Source: Roseburia sp.
GTDB lineage: Bacteria > Bacillota > Clostridia > Christensenellales > Pumilibacteraceae
Reading direction: 5' to 3'
NCBI GenBank assembly: GCA_023665905.1
Contig: JAMPDA010000002.1
Span: 27,832-91,831 of the forward strand
Length of the DNA: 64,000 nucleotides
Shown: piece after piece, positions 57,228 to 64,000 of the stretch
Numbering within the stretch: position 1 is the first letter of the stretch
How the letters are laid out: each line of letters starts with the position of its first letter
Position numbers and translations under genes: made by a program
The notes under the pieces: generated by a model
What the model saw: only the letters and a program-made list of their open reading frames with translations
What the model was told of the DNA's origin: nothing
Databases searched by the model: none

Positions 57228-59105
57228 ATGAGCAAGACAGTAACGTTTTCCCCCAACTGCACGGAGTGTAAAACACCTATCGGCGCGGCGACGGTCAACG
57301 AGCCGATAAGTTTGACGCTGCGCTTTACGCGGCCGCAGAACCCGTCGGAAGTGTTTTTGGTGCTGACCAAGGACGGCGAGGATCCGGTCAGATACGGCAT
57401 GGGCCTCGTAAAAGACGAGGACGGCGAGTACACGTATTCGCTTACCGTCAAGGTGACGACCGCAGGACTGTATTTCTATCATTTCGATATCCAAAACGAG
57501 GAGCAGTGCTACCGCGTCGGCGGCGACGCGGATCTATCCGCATTGCTCGGCAAGGGCGCCGATTGGCAGCTTACGGTCGTCGAGGAAACATACAAGCCGA
57601 CGGCGCTCGACGGCGGCGTCATGTACGAGATAATGCCGGACAGATTCTTCTGCGGCGGCGAGCGGCTCAAAACCAAGCCGTACGCTGTGTACCGCGACGA
57701 TTGGAACGGCGTGCCGGAATTTCGCGCCGACGAAAACGGCAAGATCCGCAACGAGGACTTTTTCGGCGGCAATCTTAAGGGCATAGCGAAAAAGCTGACG
57801 TACATAAAAAACCTCGGCGTTACATGCATATACTTGACGCCCATATTCGAGGCGCACTCCAACCATAAGTACGACATCGGCAACTATATGCGCGTGGACA
57901 GCGACTTTGGCACTATCGAGGACCTCAAGGACCTCATTGTCAAAGCGCGTCGGCGCGGCATAAGCGTCATACTCGACGGCGTGTTTTCGCACACGGGCGA
58001 CGACAGTATATATTTCAACAAGTACGGCACGTACGAGAGCTGCGGCGCGTTCCAATCGGTGAAGTCGCCGTACTATTCCTGGTATAAATTCCGTAATTGG
58101 CCCGACGAGTACGATTGCCGCTACAACATCAGCATCATGCCCGATACCGACGCCGACAACGTTCTGTTCGACGAGTACGTGAACGGCGCGGAAGGCGTTG
58201 TGCGGTATTGGACGCGCATGGGCTTAGGCGGCTGGCGGCTGGACGTCTGCGAGCAACTCCCCGATCAGTTCATAGCGCACTGCGTCGGCGCGGCGAAACG
58301 CGAAAACCCCGACGCCGTCGTCTACGGCGAAGTGTTCATGGACGCGTCCAATATGAGCACCGGCTATGGGCATAGGAACTTTTTGGGCAACGGTATGCTC
58401 GACAGCGTCACCAACTATCCGTTCAAAGAGGATATACTCAATTTTGTGCGTTGCGGCGACAGCAACCGCCTCAACAACACCGTCGCGGTGGTCGTCAATA
58501 ACTACCCCAAGCGCGCGCTCGACTGCGTAATGAACGTGCTCGACAATCACGACACCGCAAGGCTTTTGACCGTTCTCGGCGACAACGGCTATATCGGCAG
58601 CAGGGAAGACAAGGCGACCGCGAGCGTTAAGAACAGACCGGAAGCAGTAAAGCTCGTCAAGCTCGCGTCGGCGTTGCAGTACACGCTTCCCGGCGTGCCG
58701 TGTGTGTATTACGGCGACGAAGCCGGCATGGAGGGCTTCGAGGACCCGTTCAACAGAAAATGCTATCCGTGGGGTGAAGCGGATAAAGACCTTCTTAAGT
58801 GGTATAAGCGTCTGGGCGCCGTGCGCGCGAACGAGCGCGAGGTGTTCGCTCACGGACACTACCGCGGTATAGATACCGACCACGGCGTCATGTTCTTCGA
58901 GCGCAAGTCGGGCAAGGACACGGTGTACGTAATAGTCAACAATTCGGGCAGCGCGTATACGCCGGAACTGCCGAACGCCGAGTACACCGACCTCACCACG
59001 TATACGCCGTTCAAAGGCACAGTTGCCGACAAGAGCGTGGCGATAGTAAAAGCGACGAAGCAAACGGTAATACCCGAAAAACCGCAGAAGAAAAAAAGCA
59101 AGTGA
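57228..59105 (+). CDS. GH13 neopullulanase/amylopullulanase-like glycoside hydrolase
   Basis: SNHKYD, LDGVFSHTG, GWRLDV, GEV, DNHDT, PCVYYGDE; start after AAAGGAG. Confidence 0.93.
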   Translation: MSKTVTFSPNCTECKTPIGAATVNEPISLTLRFTRPQNPSEVFLVLTKDGEDPVRYGMGLVKDEDGEYTYSLTVKVTTAGLYFYHFDIQNEEQCYRVGGDADLSALLGKGADWQLTVVEETYKPTALDGGVMYEIMPDRFFCGGERLKTKPYAVYRDDWNGVPEFRADENGKIRNEDFFGGNLKGIAKKLTYIKNLGVTCIYLTPIFEAHSNHKYDIGNYMRVDSDFGTIEDLKDLIVKARRRGISVILDGVFSHTGDDSIYFNKYGTYESCGAFQSVKSPYYSWYKFRNWPDEYDCRYNISIMPDTDADNVLFDEYVNGAEGVVRYWTRMGLGGWRLDVCEQLPDQFIAHCVGAAKRENPDAVVYGEVFMDASNMSTGYGHRNFLGNGMLDSVTNYPFKEDILNFVRCGDSNRLNNTVAVVVNNYPKRALDCVMNVLDNHDTARLLTVLGDNGYIGSREDKATASVKNRPEAVKLVKLASALQYTLPGVPCVYYGDEAGMEGFEDPFNRKCYPWGEADKDLLKWYKRLGAVRANEREVFAHGHYRGIDTDHGVMFFERKSGKDTVYVIVNNSGSAYTPELPNAEYTDLTTYTPFKGTVADKSVAIVKATKQTVIPEKPQKKKSK

Positions 59106-59134
59106 TATACTTTTAACGACGGAGGGAAACGATT

Positions 59135-59683
59135 ATGAGAAAACGTTTGTTAATAGGGACCGCGGCAGTCGCGGTTTGCCTGTCGGCGGGGATCGCGTTG
59201 ATCGGTTGCGGCGGGAACGGCGACTGCGGCGAGAACGGAAACGACGGCGCGTCGGCGGATACGGTCGGAAGCGGCGTGCAGTCGACCGCGTCCACGCTTC
59301 GGTTTGACTCCAAGTACTATACGGATATGGACGGAACTGCCGAAGAGCGCGGCTATTTTACTTTTAGCGAGAACGGCATGGGGAAGTATTATTATTACTA
59401 TTCCTATTACGATAGTTACGATAAAATTTCGGAGATATCAAATTATACGATATCGTTCAAGTATATCTTTACGAATGCGGAAAAAACGCAGGTAGCGTGT
59501 TTTTACGACGGCGTGACGTATACCGCAAAGGATAACCAAAAGGACGCGCGGACGGATTGGGATAGAATATTCGACGTGTCGGAAGAGCTTTTGATTTCGG
59601 AAGGTATGTACGGACGCTATATAGCGGCGATAAACGAAGATTTTCAAAAGCAGATCCCCAACTACGGCGTAACAGCCGACTAA
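59135..59683 (+). CDS. hypothetical lipoprotein
   Basis: Signal with lipobox LIG-C; GGAGGG RBS. Confidence 0.75.
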   Translation: MRKRLLIGTAAVAVCLSAGIALIGCGGNGDCGENGNDGASADTVGSGVQSTASTLRFDSKYYTDMDGTAEERGYFTFSENGMGKYYYYYSYYDSYDKISEISNYTISFKYIFTNAEKTQVACFYDGVTYTAKDNQKDARTDWDRIFDVSEELLISEGMYGRYIAAINEDFQKQIPNYGVTAD

Positions 59684-59785
59684 ATAAATTAGGTATTATA
59701 CCACAGGGCAAGCCCTGAAACTTACACGCTACGCGTGCAAGTTTCGTTAGCCCCGCGGCGGGGAAAATACCAAATTTGTCGTCGT

Positions 59786-59899
59786 CGGCAGCCAAATGCT
59801 GCGCGACCTATTGCTTACTCACTCACTTTGATAGAATGCGTAATAAATAACTATTCAATCTGTGATTGCGCAATCGGGCAAAAATGCTCCTCGAATAAA
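59786..59899 (-). repeat. ~114-bp dispersed intergenic repeat, copy 2 (inverted relative to copy 1)
   Basis: Reverse complement aligns with 48859-48971. Confidence 0.8.
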
Positions 59900-60009
59900 C
59901 CGTAAAGTATTTCAAACGATCGATTTCGCTTGCCTTTTCGTCAAACTAATGCTAATATAATAATACTGTAAGTAGTTAAAACCCCTCTATATAAAGCAGA
60001 GGGGAATAA

Positions 60010-60086
60010 GCACCCGTAGCTCAGCTGGATAGAGTATCAGATTCCGATTCTGAGGGTCGCAAGTTCGAATCTTGTCGGGTGTACCA
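60010..60086 (+). tRNA. tRNA-Arg(CCG)
   Basis: GCACCCG acceptor, TCAGA-TTCCGAT-TCTGA anticodon arm, GTTCGAATC, ACCA end, hairpin terminator after. Confidence 0.97.
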
Positions 60087-60252
60087 AACATATGCCACAG
60101 CTAAAGCTGTGGCTTTATGTTTGGTACAAATGAAAAACGGATATGCCCGTATTAAGAACCCGCGATCTGGCAATAATCGTTTGCGGAGACAAAAATTAAA
60201 GGAGCAGGGCGCGGATAACGGTCTCCTGTCGATTTCGCGCCGATCTGATATA

Positions 60253-60708
60253 ATGAAACTCAATCAAAAGGAAACGCAGTTGATCACGGAACTGAAGACG
60301 CAGGAGCAGCTTTGCGTGCAAAAGTACGATTTCTATGCCGCGCAGGCGAAGGACCCCGAGCTTAAAAGCCTTTTTAAGCAGATATCCAAGCACGAACAGA
60401 ACCATTTCGACATGCTCGACAGCCTCATGAACGGGGTCGTGCCGCAGATAAAGCACAAGGCGCCGCTCGCCGCCAACTACAATCCGCAGGCGACAAACAC
60501 GGGCGACAAGGCGAGCAAGGATTTCGACAAGTTCCTCTGCACAGACATCATCGCCACCGAAAAATATGTCGCCACCGCCTACAACGACGATCTGTTCTAC
60601 TTCGCCTCGACGGACGTTCGCAACATTCTCAACGCCATCATGACCGACGAGCAGAACCACGCCGAAATGATCTGGAAGTACAAGGTCGCCAACAAGATGG
60701 CGGCGTGA
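60253..60708 (+). CDS. ferritin-like / spore coat (CotF-like) four-helix protein
   Basis: Two ExxH motifs (EQNH twice), ELKTQEQLCVQKY, DIIATEK; start uncertain, no clear RBS. Confidence 0.7.
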   Translation: MKLNQKETQLITELKTQEQLCVQKYDFYAAQAKDPELKSLFKQISKHEQNHFDMLDSLMNGVVPQIKHKAPLAANYNPQATNTGDKASKDFDKFLCTDIIATEKYVATAYNDDLFYFASTDVRNILNAIMTDEQNHAEMIWKYKVANKMAA

Positions 60709-60860
60709 TCCGATCGAACCCGATAAACATTGCAACGCACGGCACTAAAGCCGTGCGTTTTTCCGTGCCTACTATTTAGGCACGCGCGTAATTCATACGT
60801 TTCTTGTCTTTGCCGCGCGTGCAAACGGTAGACAAAATATTCGAAATGCCGATACGGGAT

Positions 60861-60910
60861 CCAACAAAAACCAACGAAAAGCAACGAAAAGCAACACCAT
60901 AAAGCAACAT
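60861..60910 (+). repeat. 10-bp-period direct repeat array upstream of the HlyD gene
   Basis: CCAACAAAAA CCAACGAAAA GCAACGAAAA GCAACACCAT AAAGCAACAT, then TGGTAAAAT (extended -10-like). Confidence 0.7.
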
Positions 60911-61056
60911 TTTTTAAAATTGTTATATGGTAAAATGAGTGTATGCGAAAGCACGCATAAAAGTTCCGCTCTATTCTTATTATCTATAGATAACCCAATA
61001 TGCGGATTTTATCAACGCTTTTGCACAGCAAAAATTTAAATATTCGGAGTAGTGAA

Positions 61057-62166
61057 ATGGGTAGACTTTATACTTATTCGGAGCTAAAAGAAAGCCGGCT
61101 TATTTATGATAGGAAGCCGCCTATGTTCGGTATTGTCATGACGGCGCTCAGTCTCGCTTTTGTGGTGGGCGTGTTGTTGTGGGCAGGACTTTCTACAAAG
61201 ACGTACGTTGTAAGAGCGACGGGCGTTGTTACGGCAAGCAATAAAATCAACATAATGAATTATGCGTCGGGCGCGATAGAAAGTATCGAAGTGTCCGAGG
61301 GCGAAACCGTGACCGAAGGAGATACATTGCTCGTGATCGACAGTTTTCAGGCGGAATTACAGATAGAGCAGGTAAGATCGGTCGTGAAACTGTATCAAGA
61401 TAAGATAGAATGCTTGTCGCGTCTAATCTCTTTTGTAAACGATTATTCTTTAAACGATGCAAACACTCATGCCAATCCGTTTGATAAAAACAACATCGAT
61501 ACGGCTAAGGAGTATTCGGACGCGGAATATTTTATAGCATATGTCGAGAGTAGCGTTGAACAAGCAGAAGGCTCCGATCGAGAGTTTACTCAAGCAGAGT
61601 TGGACAACATGAAAACGGCATATCTGACACAGCAATCGGTTTACAGTAGCTTGGACCAAAACATCGCAGAAAAGGCGCGTCAGGAAAGTCAGTTGAAAAT
61701 GTATGAGGACAGTTTGGTCGAGTATACGATAAAAGCCGCCGGAAGCGGCGTGGTACACTTTAATTCCGGCTTGACGATAGGGACGGTACTGCAGTCCGGA
61801 ACTCTACTCGGAAACATATCGAGCGCAGCAAGCGATGACCTATATTTTTCATTGGCTGTGAGTGCGACCGAGCGCAGTAAGCTATCCGTCGGGACTTCGA
61901 CCGAAATCGCGGTCAGCGGCGCTATGCAAACCGAGTTCGGCACGCTCGAAGGCGTTGTTGCCGCTATAGACAGTGACAGCACGCAAACCGATGACGGACA
62001 AGTATATTACATAGTTAAGATCAAGCCGAGCGCCGCCGAGCTTTCGGACAAGAGCGGCAGAACGGTTGAGTTGAAGCCCGGTATGATAGGAGAATGTCGT
62101 ATAAAGTATGCCGAAACGACATATCTGAAATGGGCGGTGGAGCAGATAGTCGGGAAGCTCCGTTAA
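61057..62166 (+). CDS. HlyD/LcnD-like membrane-fusion accessory protein of a peptide exporter
   Basis: N-terminal TM, VSEGETVTEGDTL lipoyl-like half, coiled coil, IKAAGSGVV, LKPGMIGECRI. Confidence 0.9.
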   Translation: MGRLYTYSELKESRLIYDRKPPMFGIVMTALSLAFVVGVLLWAGLSTKTYVVRATGVVTASNKINIMNYASGAIESIEVSEGETVTEGDTLLVIDSFQAELQIEQVRSVVKLYQDKIECLSRLISFVNDYSLNDANTHANPFDKNNIDTAKEYSDAEYFIAYVESSVEQAEGSDREFTQAELDNMKTAYLTQQSVYSSLDQNIAEKARQESQLKMYEDSLVEYTIKAAGSGVVHFNSGLTIGTVLQSGTLLGNISSAASDDLYFSLAVSATERSKLSVGTSTEIAVSGAMQTEFGTLEGVVAAIDSDSTQTDDGQVYYIVKIKPSAAELSDKSGRTVELKPGMIGECRIKYAETTYLKWAVEQIVGKLR

Positions 62167-62223
62167 TTTTGTTAAGTCTGCATGGGCTGAAAATAAAAAA
62201 CTTTATGGAGGTAAAAAAGTACT

Positions 62224-62679
62224 ATGACAAATACAAATGTCATGAAAAGGGCAAGCGGCTTGGTAATGCCTACGCACTACGTCGAACTCGATGCGGACGA
62301 AATGTCTTACGTTGACGGCGGAGATTTCTTTGTCGGCATAAACCTTTCCGCTTCTTTTTGCGGCGCATTGGCTAGCTATGTTCCGATGTCTATGAAAACC
62401 GGCGGTGTCGGGTTAGGCTCGTTTTTTAGTGTTGCCATGTCGATTCCGCAAGTGAACGCCGTGGTTGCGCCTATTTTAGCGGGCGTTAAAGCCGGACTTG
62501 CGGCAATCCCCATAATAGGCTGGATTGCTATAGGCGTTTTAGCGGCGGCAACGATAACTGTTTTAGCCACTGCACTGTATGCTGGAACACAGGGTAAAGG
62601 CTTTAAATTTGGGTTCAATGTACGAACCGGCTGGTTCGGAATTCCAAAAGGTGCTAATTTTGTCTGTGAAATAAAGTGA
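62224..62679 (+). CDS. bacteriocin-like precursor 1 (33-aa double-glycine leader, 118-aa hydrophobic core)
   Basis: Leader ...LVMPTHYVELDADEMSYVDGG; Gly/Ala-rich hydrophobic core; GGAGG RBS. Confidence 0.8.
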   Translation: MTNTNVMKRASGLVMPTHYVELDADEMSYVDGGDFFVGINLSASFCGALASYVPMSMKTGGVGLGSFFSVAMSIPQVNAVVAPILAGVKAGLAAIPIIGWIAIGVLAAATITVLATALYAGTQGKGFKFGFNVRTGWFGIPKGANFVCEIK

Positions 62680-63170
62680 GAATTATGGACGACAAAGAAT
62701 ACAAAGAAACATCGTATATATGTGTAGCTATGCTGATAGCTTTTGTGTTATTTCCGGCATTTTGTTTTATCACGATAATTTTCGGGTATGAATGGAATGC
62801 TTTTATAATCACGGAATGCATATTGGCGGCGCTGATAATACCTTGTTTTATTCTTCGTACCATATTTTTGCTTAAATACAGGCAATACACATCTAAAAAA
62901 CGCTTCTTGTTCGAAACGATCGCATATATAGCTTGTTTGGCTTTTGCGTTCGGCACGGGATTTGCGGTACACGAAAGCGACGGGGTGTTTACATATTACT
63001 TGCTCAACATTTATATCCAGCCGGTGTTTATTATCTTTACTCTGGTAGTGATGGGATATCATGTAGCAACCGCTAAAAAAGTGGCAAAAGCGAGCCTTGC
63101 CGAGGACAAGCGAAGAAAGAACGAGCATTATAAATCGTTATATCCGAGCGATTCGGATCCGGACGAGTAA
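62676..63170 (+). CDS. putative immunity membrane protein (about 4 TM)
   Basis: Overlaps the precursor stop (GTGA); hydrophobic, AT-rich, basic tail. Confidence 0.6.
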   Translation: MRIMDDKEYKETSYICVAMLIAFVLFPAFCFITIIFGYEWNAFIITECILAALIIPCFILRTIFLLKYRQYTSKKRFLFETIAYIACLAFAFGTGFAVHESDGVFTYYLLNIYIQPVFIIFTLVVMGYHVATAKKVAKASLAEDKRRKNEHYKSLYPSDSDPDE

Positions 63171-63213
63171 GCAGACCGGCTCATGCAGGCTTATATTTTT
63201 TAAGGAGGTCTTT

Positions 63214-63705
63214 ATGCCTAAGATAGAATTCAGGGAAAACAAAACACTCAAACTCACAAACGTGCTATCTCGCAAGGTGCCCGAAAAGGAAATCTTCAAT
63301 CAGGACAAGCAGATAAGCATGCTCATGAATTGGATCAAAGCCAAGGGACATGAATCGTTCGGCCCGTTGATCATATACAGCTCCGGTATAAAGGGAGCGG
63401 ACGCGGAGGGTGAGCCCATCATTGATTCGAGGATCATGATCCAGCTCAAAGCATCAAATGTTCGTATCGAAATGCCGTATCGTTTCGAACGCGAAATGCG
63501 CGTGCCGAGCTGCCTGCTTGCGCGGTTCGACGGCGATGGGGATAAGATACAGCACGCCGTTAATAAGCTTACGCTGTACGCTTATGAGAACGACATAGAG
63601 CTCACGGGCGAAACTTACATAGTTTTGATGGAGCAACAGGAAAACAGGATATTTGCAGACGTGTTTATGCCTGTTATGACGGGTAATGAAGGCGGCTGTG
63701 AGTAA
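63214..63705 (+). CDS. DUF5085-like / GyrI-like effector-binding protein
   Basis: Start MPKIEF after AAGGAGG; FGPLII, CLLARF, YAYENDIEL.GETY pattern. Confidence 0.6.
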   Translation: MPKIEFRENKTLKLTNVLSRKVPEKEIFNQDKQISMLMNWIKAKGHESFGPLIIYSSGIKGADAEGEPIIDSRIMIQLKASNVRIEMPYRFEREMRVPSCLLARFDGDGDKIQHAVNKLTLYAYENDIELTGETYIVLMEQQENRIFADVFMPVMTGNEGGCE

Positions 63706-63806
63706 ATATATGCATTTGGAGGTGCCTCATGTACAAGTATATTCCACCGTAATTTTATGTAGATAAATAATACAAAACCGAAAAAATACCAAGGAGGTCT
63801 TTAAAG

Positions 63807-64000
63807 ATGACTGATAATGCGGTTTTAAATCATGTAAGCAATTTGGTTATGCCCACTCATTACGTAGAGCTTGACAGCGACGAAATGAGCTACGTTGACG
63901 GCGGGTGGATTGTTACCGTCAACCTGCACTTATACATATCGATGGGCGGACTAATTTCCGGATTGGCAAGCGGATTTATTACCGGTGCAATAACTGCTGC
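63807..64000 (+). CDS. bacteriocin-like precursor 2, truncated by the window end (not in ORF track)
   Basis: Manual translation MTDNAVLNHVSNLVMPTHYVELDSDEMSYVDGG-WIVTVNLHLYISMGGLISGLASGFITGAITA; AAGGAGG RBS. Confidence 0.85.
   Translation, partial: MTDNAVLNHVSNLVMPTHYVELDSDEMSYVDGGWIVTVNLHLYISMGGLISGLASGFITGAITA

Overview
A ~55% GC chromosomal segment (estimated by eye) from a spore-forming Clostridia-like Firmicute, inferred from yabP/yabQ, the KOW gene between map and infA, and the Clostridia-type L17 insertion. 1-12.8 kb is the S10-spc-alpha ribosomal operon, rplV to rplQ. It is followed by a REP/BIME-like palindromic array and by housekeeping or envelope genes: EFR1 ferredoxin, epimerase, ClC, LTA-synthase-like, yabPQ, tex, an orphan dnaN, a DtxR-family regulator, a 20-Cys peptide, GT2, glf, an HD protein and a 1.3-kaa receptor-like surface protein. 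The main accessory feature is a 10,980-bp element integrated in tRNA-Pro(CGG), bounded by 47-bp direct repeats at 37030 and 48010. It carries a tyrosine integrase, an XRE repressor, a Zn-finger/nuclease-like cargo gene, a Phd-YoeB pair, an HUH Rep_1 rolling-circle initiator, an SSB-like protein, a Zot/pI-like ATPase and two large membrane-anchored proteins. This looks like an inovirus-like (Tubulavirales-like) ssDNA prophage, but I found no classical small major coat gene. Inside it I also see an in-frame amber codon just before the membrane anchor of one surface protein, a 45-nt tRNA-like minihelix ending in UCCA, an unannotated 30-aa hydrophobic peptide, a putative sRNA cassette, and a Rep tail with clamp-binding-like and SSB-tip-like motifs. 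Directly to its right lies a collinear, heavily deleted sibling element that kept a different TA pair and the sRNA promoter. The rest is a glgB-glgA-glgP-GH13 glycogen cluster, tRNA-Arg(CCG), and the start of a bacteriocin-like locus: HlyD, two precursors sharing a 33-aa double-glycine leader, an immunity-like gene and a DUF5085-like gene. All family calls come from motif recognition by eye. No database search or folding program was run.
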